DNA of 64,000 nt from a virus. Lineage: Duplodnaviria; Caudoviricetes. Below the pieces are notes generated by a model. It had not been told where the DNA came from. It ran no database searches and saw only the letters and a program-made list of their open reading frames with translations. The stretch covers positions 7,021 through 71,020 of the IMG/VR virus record IMGVR_UViG_3300023173_000013; one strand, written 5' to 3'. The translations under genes were made by a program, and so were the position numbers. Positions 46,379 through 55,340 of the stretch are shown here, in pieces (position 1 is the first letter of the stretch; the number at the start of each line of letters is the position of its first letter).

Positions 46379-46435
46379 CTCTGAGCCTTTCTATGGAGGA
46401 GGTTTGGCTCATACTATATAGGAAAGAGGTCAGAA

Positions 46436-46954
46436 CTACTCGAACAAGATCGAAAGTAGCTCGCTGTACTCGTTAGAGTTTCTCATGGCTGTATTTCTGA
46501 TGAGGTTATACTCTCTGATGTGAAGCTCCATAAACTCAAACCCTCCCCCTCTAACAACAAGCCTAGCCATCGTGACGGCACTCCAATAAGTATAGATCCA
46601 TTTCATAGCGTCTCTCATCGCTTTGTTGACTTTCATTTCTTGTATAGGAGTAAGTCTGACTCTATCTTCTTCATACCTTCGGTCATAATGCCTGAAGTCT
46701 TTTAGGTTTTCTCTGTAGATCAGCCCCAAGATCGCAAACTCTCCCGAAATGCGAGTAGTCCCACTAGGGAAATCGTAGTTATTCTTCCACCTGCGAAAAG
46801 CAATCGTCTTTGCTAAAGGGTCGTCAATATCATTGAAGATTTTAACGATTTCTTGGATTCCTAAGTGTGTCATTTTCACTAGGGTTGAGTGGGCTCGTCT
46901 AAATTCTACTGACCTCATAACAGAACCTTTCTTTGTGTTTTGTTTATAACGCAA
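46436..46954 (-). CDS. Hypothetical protein (start uncertain)
   Basis: 172-aa ORF overlapping the divergent promoter region. Confidence 0.4.
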   Translation of the reverse strand: MRYKQNTKKGSVMRSVEFRRAHSTLVKMTHLGIQEIVKIFNDIDDPLAKTIAFRRWKNNYDFPSGTTRISGEFAILGLIYRENLKDFRHYDRRYEEDRVRLTPIQEMKVNKAMRDAMKWIYTYWSAVTMARLVVRGGGFEFMELHIREYNLIRNTAMRNSNEYSELLSILFE

Positions 46955-47458
46955 TATAGACAGACTAAAGAAACTTACAGAAGGAGTTCAGAAATGAAGC
47001 CGATCAAACTAATGAAGCCCTTTTTCTTTGAGAACTCAAGAGTTCCTGTGATTCTGAGCAAGCTCGCACCGATAGAGATCAACGCAATCACGCTCTTTTG
47101 CTTTGTATTTTCAAGAGGTGAACTTTCGGAGAAAACAAAGCGTCACGAGACTATCCATTTCCAACAGTACCTTGAGACTTTCGTGATTGGTTTCCTGTTG
47201 GTTTATCTCTACGATTTCTTGTATGCCGCAATCATCAAAAAGAAAGGCTTCACTCGTGATTCTTACCTTGCGATTCGCTTTGAGCAGGAGGCTTGGGATT
47301 GCGATGATTACATGAATTACCTTGATTGTCGGAGAAGGTTTGCTTGGCTTGATTACCCTATAGGTGGAGATGAAGACTTAGATATAGCCAAACCCATACA
47401 TGGTGATAAGTGTAAAGATTCAAAAGACTCTGATGATGAGAATACCCCTAACACATAG
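46940..47458 (+). CDS. HExxH zincin-like metallopeptidase-fold protein (likely start 46995)
   Basis: RHETIHFQQ plus downstream FEQEA. RBS AAGGAG lies before the ATG at 46995. Confidence 0.55.
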   Translation: MFITQYRQTKETYRRSSEMKPIKLMKPFFFENSRVPVILSKLAPIEINAITLFCFVFSRGELSEKTKRHETIHFQQYLETFVIGFLLVYLYDFLYAAIIKKKGFTRDSYLAIRFEQEAWDCDDYMNYLDCRRRFAWLDYPIGGDEDLDIAKPIHGDKCKDSKDSDDENTPNT

Positions 47459-47468
47459 GAGATAAGAA

Positions 47469-48539
47469 ATGAGAAAGACAGCAAGTACACAGAGAGTTGC
47501 CCGTATGCACCTCGCTCGAATGAACAAGAGAGCCTTCTTCATGGATAATATCCAAGAGGGAGTTGTGAGTTCCTTTCTTCAGAGTGAAGCATCAAAAGAA
47601 GCCAAGTCTATTTCAGGAGAAGGGCAAGCAGGTCTAAAGTTCTTACAAAAGCATTTCGGACTTAACTCCCTAGAGAGCTTCATCAAGGCTATGGAAAAAT
47701 CCGATTATGACGAGAGCAATCCTATTCAGAAAATGGTAGCGATTGCAGGTTCTAAAGCTAAAAGTGCAGGCGAAGCAGGAGATATACTAGGTAGGTTTGC
47801 CAACGCATTTCAGAAACAAGACATCAAAGGCATGGCAGAAGCAACAGGGTTCGAGGAACAAACCGTAGCTCTTGTTCTTTTATGGTATGTAAGAAATGAA
47901 AAGAACGTCCAAGCCCCTCCTGCAAATAAACAAGCGTCTGTAAGTAAAGAAGCGTTTGGATTGTGGAATCCTTTTGCTGTCGCTCCTCCTCCTCCTCCTC
48001 CATTTCAAGCCCAAGCCGTGATTGTAGAGAAGGTTCTCAATTTATCGGGGACTGTCATTAGTCAACTTTCAACTCTGATTGGAAAGGGATTGGGTTGGTT
48101 ATACTCAATCATACCTCATGGTTGGTTGCCTTCTTTACCTGCGGGTAAAGCATGGTCTGCTATCTATTTCATTCTAGGGAAAGCATGGGCTTTGGTCGCC
48201 AAAGCAGGAGGCTTGGCTTTAGGTCTTATCAAGGCTTCTATTGTTAAGAGTACAGGAGCTTTTGGGATTGTCGCTGTCCTTAAAGTTCTCGGTGTTGCTC
48301 TTATCGTGTACTATGCTCTTTTAGGCATTTCTTGGCTGAGTTATCAAGTCACAAGACTCCCAAGTAGAGTGCTTGTGGAGTTCCCTCTCAAAGTCATTTG
48401 GACTCTTATTAAGCTGATCGGTAAGGGGGTGATAAAAGTCACTTCTTGGGCGTATGCTAATATCAAGTCTCTCATTTCCGACAATAAAGACTTGCTAGAG
48501 CCAAGCGACCCTATGCTCTTGGAAATGGAAGCGATCTAA
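47469..48539 (+). CDS. Probable virion cargo protein with membrane helices (paralog of 53038..54144)
   Basis: Leader RKTASTQRVARMHLARMNKRA|F, KQD...ALVLLWY shared with the paralog, a hexa-Pro, and a long hydrophobic C-terminal half. Confidence 0.6.
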   Translation: MRKTASTQRVARMHLARMNKRAFFMDNIQEGVVSSFLQSEASKEAKSISGEGQAGLKFLQKHFGLNSLESFIKAMEKSDYDESNPIQKMVAIAGSKAKSAGEAGDILGRFANAFQKQDIKGMAEATGFEEQTVALVLLWYVRNEKNVQAPPANKQASVSKEAFGLWNPFAVAPPPPPPFQAQAVIVEKVLNLSGTVISQLSTLIGKGLGWLYSIIPHGWLPSLPAGKAWSAIYFILGKAWALVAKAGGLALGLIKASIVKSTGAFGIVAVLKVLGVALIVYYALLGISWLSYQVTRLPSRVLVEFPLKVIWTLIKLIGKGVIKVTSWAYANIKSLISDNKDLLEPSDPMLLEMEAI

Positions 48540-48955
48540 GATTGAGGTGGGGGTACAGGTGCAGGGGGGGTTGCTTTTTCTTCTTTTCTTTTAGGCATAG
48601 GTACTTTCCTTATCGTTTTCTTGTCTTTGATGTGTAGTGGGTAGCTTTCTATATCGGAAAGGTCTACCCACTCCCATTCGGTATGTTCAGAGTTGAGTCG
48701 TGGGGTGAACTGATAAGACACCTCAGCTAGAAATAGAGTATAGCCTCTTATAGAGACATGGTTGTAAACCTTAAAAGGAGGTAGAGGACCTACTTCTTCT
48801 CGGCTTTCTCTAATGGCAGTCTCATAGGGAGACTCACCTATTTCGGTAGTGCCGCCGGGGAAGTTCCAATAGCCTCCCCATTCGTCTTTATTTCTTTTTG
48901 ATCTTCTAAGTAAGAGGGCTTTCCCGTCTTTCTGAAACATAACTCCTGCACCCAT
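48536..48955 (-). CDS. NUDIX hydrolase
   Basis: Nudix box GGTTEIGESPYETAIRESREEVG. Confidence 0.9.
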   Translation of the reverse strand: MGAGVMFQKDGKALLLRRSKRNKDEWGGYWNFPGGTTEIGESPYETAIRESREEVGPLPPFKVYNHVSIRGYTLFLAEVSYQFTPRLNSEHTEWEWVDLSDIESYPLHIKDKKTIRKVPMPKRKEEKATPPAPVPPPQS

Positions 48956-49056
48956 GTCAGACTCCTATCTATTTCTTGTTCGACAGGGGGAGTTTTATAG
49001 ATAGTTTATAAACGTGAGATGTAAAACTCTGAGCCTCTAAAGAAAGAAGTTAACTC

Positions 49057-50223
49057 ATGTACGCATATGATTTACTTGTAGACCCACAGACTTTCCAAAG
49101 TCAGCTCCGAAATAAAAGAGCGAGTTCCATGCCAATGGTGAACAAAGAAATTCAGATTCGCCTTGCTCGTATGCAGTTTGAAGTGGCTCTTAAAGAGGCT
49201 AAGACAGCAGGGTGGCTTGGTGACGCATGGGATGGGGTGAGGGATTGGTTGTCGAATGTATTTTCTCTTGGAAGTACTTTTATTGCAGGTCTTAAAGACT
49301 TAGTGGTTCGAGGAGTGAATTATTTATTTAAGGCATTTCTCGGAGATCGAGAGTTCAATAACTTTTTCATTAACTGGTTTAAGAAATGGGTCTATGAGTC
49401 AATGGGCCCAATCGTGTTTCAGTCGTATCTTAAAGGTGCGAATGACTTTATCTCAGCCTCTAAATATTTAGACCCTAGAGATATACAACCTGAATATACA
49501 ACGCCCGGACAAGCGGGAAAAGATAACTTCGACCTCCATGCTTATCTCAAAGGCTTTGAGTGGGCAAAGAACAGTCTTGCGAATGGTGTGCTAGATAGTC
49601 GAGTAACTCAGCTCAGAAATGTAGCTAAAAGTGAGAGATTGGAAGATTACCTTGTCGCCCGTATCGAAGACGAGTTCCCTGGGAGAGCAGTTCTTAAAGT
49701 CCTTGAGGAAATGATTGCTCTAATCAACCCTTATGGTATTTGGGAAGCTATGAAAGAGACTTATGGCAAAGTCTTAGGTACAAACGCAGATGGTGGGAAA
49801 TGGGGTGTTTTCAAAGCAGGTGCAGGTTCTTTGCTTGTTGGGAGTGTTTATGGGTTATTTAAGCTATTTATAGCTATTATGGCTGGATTTAACTTTGCTA
49901 CTATCTTTACAGGGGGAGTCATTTCAGGTCTTGGTGCTTTGTTTGCTACGTTTGTTTATAAGGGTGGGTCTTTAGGTTTTGCTAAGTCCTCAGCGGCAAA
50001 GCTACTGATGAAAGGCTTTAAAAAACTGTGGCTTAAGTTCGCTAAGAGTGAAGAAGATTCGTTCCAAGAAGAAGTCGAAAAAGAAGTAAAGCAATCGCCT
50101 GAGCAAATCTTCTTAGAGAACGCTAAAGGGAAGCTAATCCCTGCCCAAGAAGCTACTAAAGAAGACATACAAGGTGCAGTCCGTGTTGCTCGCCTCCACA
50201 TGAACCGTAAAGGACTAATCTAA
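49057..50223 (+). CDS. Probable virion cargo protein with a hydrophobic C-terminal hairpin
   Basis: IRLARMQFEVALKEAKTA|GW, a C-terminal VRVARLHMNRK, and a Gly-rich hydrophobic segment. Confidence 0.55.
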   Translation: MYAYDLLVDPQTFQSQLRNKRASSMPMVNKEIQIRLARMQFEVALKEAKTAGWLGDAWDGVRDWLSNVFSLGSTFIAGLKDLVVRGVNYLFKAFLGDREFNNFFINWFKKWVYESMGPIVFQSYLKGANDFISASKYLDPRDIQPEYTTPGQAGKDNFDLHAYLKGFEWAKNSLANGVLDSRVTQLRNVAKSERLEDYLVARIEDEFPGRAVLKVLEEMIALINPYGIWEAMKETYGKVLGTNADGGKWGVFKAGAGSLLVGSVYGLFKLFIAIMAGFNFATIFTGGVISGLGALFATFVYKGGSLGFAKSSAAKLLMKGFKKLWLKFAKSEEDSFQEEVEKEVKQSPEQIFLENAKGKLIPAQEATKEDIQGAVRVARLHMNRKGLI

Positions 50224-51557
50224 TGAAGTGCATTGTACCCCTTATTAAAATTGCTCTTAAGCACCCTCAAAGCAGAATCGCTCAATCAACTTTCAACCTT
50301 ATTTCTGATATGGCAGATGAAGAAAGAGCATCATCACATAACTTAAAAAACGCAAGTGAACAGTCTAATTATTGGAGAAGTTCTCTTGCTGTGATGAAGT
50401 ATGCTTCACAAGGCATACCTGTGGATCATTATCTTTCTGTGATCTCAAACAAAACAAGTAACCTCAAGGTTGAATTGAGTCCTTACTATTCATACTTGGG
50501 TGGGGACAGCCTAGATCAAATCGAGCATTTGATGAGGATTGCCGCAAAGAGCAAAAAAAAGCCTGCTCTTTCGATTTCGGAGCAAAGTGCAATTATTCAA
50601 GACCCTAAAGCTGACCCTAAAGCTAGAAAGAGAGCTTTTAATGCGATTTTTAAAGCTTTGGGCGAAGAAGGTGCTTCTTTAAAAAAGGCTTGGGAAGACA
50701 ATCTTAAAAAGAAGAGGAAAGTAAAGTACAAAACAAGCAAAGGAGCAGAGAGAGAGAAAGAGGTGTCTCTTAAAACGATTGCAGGTTTTAGTAAGGTAAA
50801 GAACCCTAGCTTAAAAGAGGCATATCAAAAAATTTGGCAAGAACAATATGAGGGATACCTCAAAGCAGTAGTGTCTAGTGCCGAAGGCTTAGAAGGTAAG
50901 AAAGAAGCCCCTAAAGAAGCTCCTAAAGAAGCCCCTAAAGAAGCCCCTAAAGAAGCCCCTAAGAAAAACCTACCACCCTCTCTGCAAGGGTTATCAGAAG
51001 AAGAGTTGAATAAAGTGATGAAAGGTGAACCTACTAAGAAAGATGCACCTAAAAAGAAAGATGCACCTAAAAAGAAAGAAATGGAAGTAACAGACAGCCA
51101 GGGAAATAAAATAAAAATAACAGACAACCGAGGAATGTCTTTGGAAGATTTCAATAAATCTTACGAAGAGGCGATGGCAAAACTAAATAAAACAGTTGAA
51201 AAACTTCCTCCAATAGCGAGGAACGAAAAACTAGAGGCTTTAGATAGGCTAGTAAACCCAGATGCCTATAAAACTAAAAAAGACAGAAATAGTATAGACT
51301 TCAGTAAAGCAGAGCGAGAACTTGTTGATTACTATAAAGATATGTCTGAAGGTATTTTTTGGGATGATCCAAAAAGTAGAAAAGATTATGAGAAAACTCT
51401 AAAAGAAGGAGAGGAATCTCTTAAGTGGTTACAAGATTTGGATGAAAGTGAATACGATGGTGAAGCAGGTCCAAATGGTGAAGGAGAAATTGCATTGATG
51501 GAACTGATAGACGAGTATAAAAAAGAGTGGGGATCCATGTTTGAAAATGACGACTAG
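50223..51557 (+). CDS. Hypothetical Lys/Glu-rich protein with K-x-A motifs and low-complexity repeats
   Basis: LKNAS, MKYAS and MRIAAK; KEAP x5 and KKDAPK x2. Confidence 0.55.
   Translation: MKCIVPLIKIALKHPQSRIAQSTFNLISDMADEERASSHNLKNASEQSNYWRSSLAVMKYASQGIPVDHYLSVISNKTSNLKVELSPYYSYLGGDSLDQIEHLMRIAAKSKKKPALSISEQSAIIQDPKADPKARKRAFNAIFKALGEEGASLKKAWEDNLKKKRKVKYKTSKGAEREKEVSLKTIAGFSKVKNPSLKEAYQKIWQEQYEGYLKAVVSSAEGLEGKKEAPKEAPKEAPKEAPKEAPKKNLPPSLQGLSEEELNKVMKGEPTKKDAPKKKDAPKKKEMEVTDSQGNKIKITDNRGMSLEDFNKSYEEAMAKLNKTVEKLPPIARNEKLEALDRLVNPDAYKTKKDRNSIDFSKAERELVDYYKDMSEGIFWDDPKSRKDYEKTLKEGEESLKWLQDLDESEYDGEAGPNGEGEIALMELIDEYKKEWGSMFENDD
50901..50960 (+). repeat. 12-bp tandem repeat x5 (AAAGAAGCCCCT) encoding KEAP
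   Basis: Directly visible; one unit has GCT instead of GCC. Confidence 0.9.
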
Positions 51558-51568
51558 GGGAATGAAAA

Positions 51569-51940
51569 ATGAGTCTTAATCTATATCACTACAAAGCAGA
51601 GGTTATTTCCGTATATGACGGAGACACTATGACTCTTATGGTCGATCAGGGCATGAAGCACTACAATCGCATTAAGGTGCGTATGTACGGTATCAACACC
51701 CCAGAGATCAGAACCAAAGACCTTGAGGAGAAAGCTAGAGGCATTGAAGCTCGTGAATACCTCAAGTCTCGCCTAGAGGGTAAGCAGGTCATCATCTACA
51801 CGAAAGAGAAGGGCAAGTTCGGGCGTTGGCTTGGAGTCGTGTGGGTCTATGAGGAGGGCATGGAAGAACTAGGGGAGTCCCTCAATGACGAGCTCATAAG
51901 AATGGGTCATGCTGTCGCTTACTTCGGAGGAGCAAGATGA
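51569..51940 (+). CDS. Thermonuclease (staphylococcal nuclease fold)
   Basis: VISVYDGDT, KVRMYGINTPE and GKFGRWLG. Confidence 0.9.
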   Translation: MSLNLYHYKAEVISVYDGDTMTLMVDQGMKHYNRIKVRMYGINTPEIRTKDLEEKARGIEAREYLKSRLEGKQVIIYTKEKGKFGRWLGVVWVYEEGMEELGESLNDELIRMGHAVAYFGGAR

Positions 51941-53034
51941 AACTACACCTTTTTGATTTTGACGGGACTTTGTTTAAATCTCCTGAGTATGTTCCCGATT
52001 GGTGGGAAGCTCCAGGCCAATGGTCTTGGTTATCACACCCATTATCTTTAACAGACCCTTGTGTTCCTTTAAATCCCTCAAGTGATTGGTGGATTAAGTA
52101 TACAGTTGAAGAAGCAAAAAAGAGTGTCAGAAATAGAGACGCTTTGACCATTATATGCACAGGTCGTGTTAAGGCACACAAACCACGCATTTTGTCTCTT
52201 TTGAATAAAGCAGGGATAAGAGGATTAGATAATCTCTATTTCAACACAGGCATCTCTGCGGCAAAGTTCAAGTTAGAAGTTATTGATGACTTATACAGGA
52301 AATATTCGTTTGAAGAAGTACACATATGGGAGAACGAAAATTACAATCACTACAAAGAAGTGATTGAGTCAAAGTACGGTATTCCCTGTGTAATCCACCC
52401 TATCCATGAAGAACATGGTCATTATCAATGTACGCCCCAAGATATTAGACTAGACGGTCAAGACGTGAATATAAGAAATGAGAAGGAAGTCCTCCCCCCT
52501 AACGCATTAAGAGTAGCTTCAGCTAGAAAAAGTATGGCAATCAGAGTAGCTTCTCTCAAGGTTGCTCAAATGGAGAAAGAAGCCTTTATCAACGCTAAGA
52601 AGATAATCACTAAGATCATGTCTTATTTCCCCAATGAGATTCAGGCATTTCTTCAAGGAGCGAATGAAGAGCAAATCACAAAGCAGATCAAACTGCTTCA
52701 GAAAGACAAAGAGTTTATGAAGATCGTAGAGGAAGCCCCAAAGAAATCCTCTATTAGAGAGCTTTGGGGGTACTTCTCGTTCTCCATAAAGCGAGCTTTC
52801 AACTTCGGTAAAAAGGCTCTAGGAGTCGCCATATTCTTAGGTGTTTTACTCGCTATGCTAGGTGGTGTGGCTTATTACCTTGGAGGGGGTCAGATTGGTG
52901 CTCTACTATCAGGGTTTCTATTTGCACCTGCGGTTGACTTTGAATACGACCCAGACCCTAAGTCAATCCGAAAAAGACAAGAAAGCAATGCAAGAGAAAT
53001 CGCTAGAAATAGACTTCTCAATGATAGGAGGTAA
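51937..53034 (+). CDS. HAD phosphatase (RNA-repair-like), paralog 2, fused via RVAS...KEA to a membrane-helix domain
   Basis: LHLFDFDGTLFKSP, ICTGR and HIWEN; linker ALRVASARKSMAIRVASLKVAQMEKEA|F; C-terminal transmembrane segment. Confidence 0.75.
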   Translation: MKLHLFDFDGTLFKSPEYVPDWWEAPGQWSWLSHPLSLTDPCVPLNPSSDWWIKYTVEEAKKSVRNRDALTIICTGRVKAHKPRILSLLNKAGIRGLDNLYFNTGISAAKFKLEVIDDLYRKYSFEEVHIWENENYNHYKEVIESKYGIPCVIHPIHEEHGHYQCTPQDIRLDGQDVNIRNEKEVLPPNALRVASARKSMAIRVASLKVAQMEKEAFINAKKIITKIMSYFPNEIQAFLQGANEEQITKQIKLLQKDKEFMKIVEEAPKKSSIRELWGYFSFSIKRAFNFGKKALGVAIFLGVLLAMLGGVAYYLGGGQIGALLSGFLFAPAVDFEYDPDPKSIRKRQESNAREIARNRLLNDRR

Positions 53035-53037
53035 AAG

Positions 53038-54144
53038 ATGAACAAGCAAGCAAGACAAGAAATGGTTATCCGAGTAGCTTCTAAGAAAATGGCTCGTATG
53101 GAAAAGCAAGCTCATTTCCTTAGTGGCATACAGGAAAAACTCACAGCGTTGTTTATGAAGGAAGCTGACCAAAGAGTTCAGAAAGAGCTTAAGGGTCAGT
53201 CGAGTGCTTCTAAAGTGGGTCTAGCATGGGCGGCTAAAGAGGCAGGTTTAAATAGCTTTAACGACATACTTGAACTTGCAAAGAAAGGGGCTAAGCCTAA
53301 TCTTAAAGACCCTATTCAAAGGCTCATTTACGAGCGTACCAACGGAATGAAAGACCCCGTTGAAGTGGCTAATCTAGTCGGTGAGCTGAGCCTTGCATAT
53401 AAGAAGCAAGATGTAGGGGAAATGGCGAAAGTCCTCAAGGTAGACGAGGAAGTGATCGCACTCGTTTTGCTTTGGTACACAAGAAATAAGACTGCCGATG
53501 AATATGATTGGGGCGAGCACCGAGTCAGAAAGATTGACCAAGGAACTGAGAAGTTACTCAACCTGTCTGCTAAGACTCTCAAAGTGGTTAGTTTTCTCAC
53601 AGGAGGAAATGCAATCGAGTGGATTGTGAAGCTACTCCCTAAAGGCTCTTTAGTAGGGAAGCCTTTGAAATGGGGTTGGTGGACACTACTCTTAGTGAAC
53701 AGATGGACAATTTTGTCGGGCATTTACAGCTTTGCGGCAGCTAACATTTCCACTTTGGTCGGTTGGATGATGTCGGGTGCAGGGGGTGCTTTCCTAGAGT
53801 TTGTCGCTGTAGGTCTTCACTTATATACTACACCTATTTGGCTTATCCTCTTTGCGACTATTGCTCTTTCTGAGTTCCTTCATGTTGGTCGAGCCGAGCG
53901 TGAATGGGGTCTAAAAAATCCGTTCACTTCTCTATTTCTAGTTCCTATTAAGTCCATCTTTGCGATTCTGAAGCAGGTCTTTACGGGTGCTGTGAAAGTT
54001 GGCAAGGCTATCATCGCAGAACTCAAAGAGTATCTGCTCGAAAACGCAAGTATCTTGAAAAGTGCATTTCCTAACTTATCAAGTTGGCTTTCAGAGTCAA
54101 GAGCGTTCAGCCCTCGTGAACAAGATCAGCTCGCCTTAGCTTAA
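53038..54144 (+). CDS. Probable virion cargo protein with membrane helices (paralog of 47469..48539)
   Basis: Leader MNKQARQEMVIRVASKKMARMEKQA|HF; KQD...IALVLLWY..NKTA. Confidence 0.6.
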   Translation: MNKQARQEMVIRVASKKMARMEKQAHFLSGIQEKLTALFMKEADQRVQKELKGQSSASKVGLAWAAKEAGLNSFNDILELAKKGAKPNLKDPIQRLIYERTNGMKDPVEVANLVGELSLAYKKQDVGEMAKVLKVDEEVIALVLLWYTRNKTADEYDWGEHRVRKIDQGTEKLLNLSAKTLKVVSFLTGGNAIEWIVKLLPKGSLVGKPLKWGWWTLLLVNRWTILSGIYSFAAANISTLVGWMMSGAGGAFLEFVAVGLHLYTTPIWLILFATIALSEFLHVGRAEREWGLKNPFTSLFLVPIKSIFAILKQVFTGAVKVGKAIIAELKEYLLENASILKSAFPNLSSWLSESRAFSPREQDQLALA

Positions 54145-55268
54145 TCGACAAAGTACTCTTGAGTGATCTTTATGATCTGCTTATTACTCTTGAGCACTTT
54201 GAAAATGCTTTTACGAATTGAGCGTAGTTCTACGACACTTATATTATGAGACTCAGCCCAAGCCTCATCTTGTACTCGCTTAGTGTCTGAAACGCCCTCA
54301 AACGAACCCTCTAAATACTCTGATAAGATTGAAGTCCACAGCTTCGCATCTTCATTAGATGACACGCATAACTCAAACTGCTCATAGAGCTTAGACCAAC
54401 CTATTTCTCTGTGAATTTTAATCTCGTGTGATTCTTCTTCGTAGTACATCTCAGAGCTAGTGATCGCCCTTGTTGACTCGTCATAAGTGTTAAACACATT
54501 AGCAGTTTTCGGGGCAACCCAAACAAAGTCTTTCTGCTTCTTTTTCTCTTGTTCTGTTCTCGCATATTTATGTCGTAAGCGAGCATGACAGTCTTGCCCT
54601 TGTTTCTGTCGAGTCTGAGTGATGAACTGCCAAAACATCGTGCCTTGAACCCAATTGAAATAGATTTTCTTTCCTTCATTCAGCTTCTCAGCGAGCTTGT
54701 TCTTTTTGATCGCCCACGTTAAGAAATCACCTACGAGGTCTTTTGCTTCTTCATGTGAGGAAGCGAGGTTATGCTTCCCGAAAATGTAGGTAATCATTTT
54801 CTTTTGCCACGCAAGATAGCGAGTCTCATCGTTCTCTGTAGCGTAGAGATACGCAGAAGTCTCGTTCAGACGCTTTCGCTCTTTTACTTTAAAAGTCTTC
54901 TGAGTAGAAGGGTAAAGATCAGCCAACTCAACTGTTAAGTCAATCTTAGGTGTAGAGGGATAAAGGTCAGCCAACTCAACTGTTAAATCGAGATTAGGTG
55001 TTGAGTACAGGTCAGCCAACTCAACTGTAAAGTCAATCTTAGGTGTTGAGTACAGATCAGCTAACTCAAATCGAGTGTGCAGTTCTAAGTCTTCTTTGCC
55101 CCACACGCTTTTTATGTAAGAAGCAGAAATAGACTTAGGACAAGAGATGTTCTCTTGTGGTATATTCATCATGTGTGTACTCCTGAGACAGGGATAAGAT
55201 AGGCGTAATCTGTGAGTCTGAACTCTACGCTTGTTGAAGTTTGTACTACATCTTCTCACACTCGTCAA
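54141..55268 (-). CDS. Divergent sigma-70/ECF-like factor with N-terminal tandem repeats (likely start 55172)
   Basis: HEEAKDLVGDFLTW resembles region 2 (EDAEDLVQDxF), and WAESHNISVVELRSIRKSIFKVLK resembles the region-4 HTH. RBS CAGGAG lies before the ATG at 55172. Confidence 0.5.
   Translation of the reverse strand: MTSVRRCSTNFNKRRVQTHRLRLSYPCLRSTHMMNIPQENISCPKSISASYIKSVWGKEDLELHTRFELADLYSTPKIDFTVELADLYSTPNLDLTVELADLYPSTPKIDLTVELADLYPSTQKTFKVKERKRLNETSAYLYATENDETRYLAWQKKMITYIFGKHNLASSHEEAKDLVGDFLTWAIKKNKLAEKLNEGKKIYFNWVQGTMFWQFITQTRQKQGQDCHARLRHKYARTEQEKKKQKDFVWVAPKTANVFNTYDESTRAITSSEMYYEEESHEIKIHREIGWSKLYEQFELCVSSNEDAKLWTSILSEYLEGSFEGVSDTKRVQDEAWAESHNISVVELRSIRKSIFKVLKSNKQIIKITQEYFVD
54902..55067 (-). 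repeat. Four 45-48 bp tandem units encoding ELADLY(P)STP(K/N)(I/L)D(F/L)TV
   Basis: TCAGC(C/T)AACTCAA recurs four times at a 45-48 nt period. Confidence 0.9.
55240..55268 (-). promoter_or_regulatory. Host sigma70-type promoter driving the sigma-like gene
   Basis: Minus strand: TTGACG, a 17-nt spacer, then TACAAA. Confidence 0.6.
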
Positions 55269-55340
55269 GAGGGTTCGGTTGTTTTTTTATCTTCTATATG
55301 AGGTAGTGTGTAAGCAGTCTTAAAATTACTAGGAGCAGGT

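Noticed and set aside
50901-55067. Short direct repeats as a possible CRISPR array or DGR template
   Set aside because: All repeats are in-frame coding tandem units with no unique spacers. No cas or reverse transcriptase gene is present, and I saw no adenine-specific variant pair.
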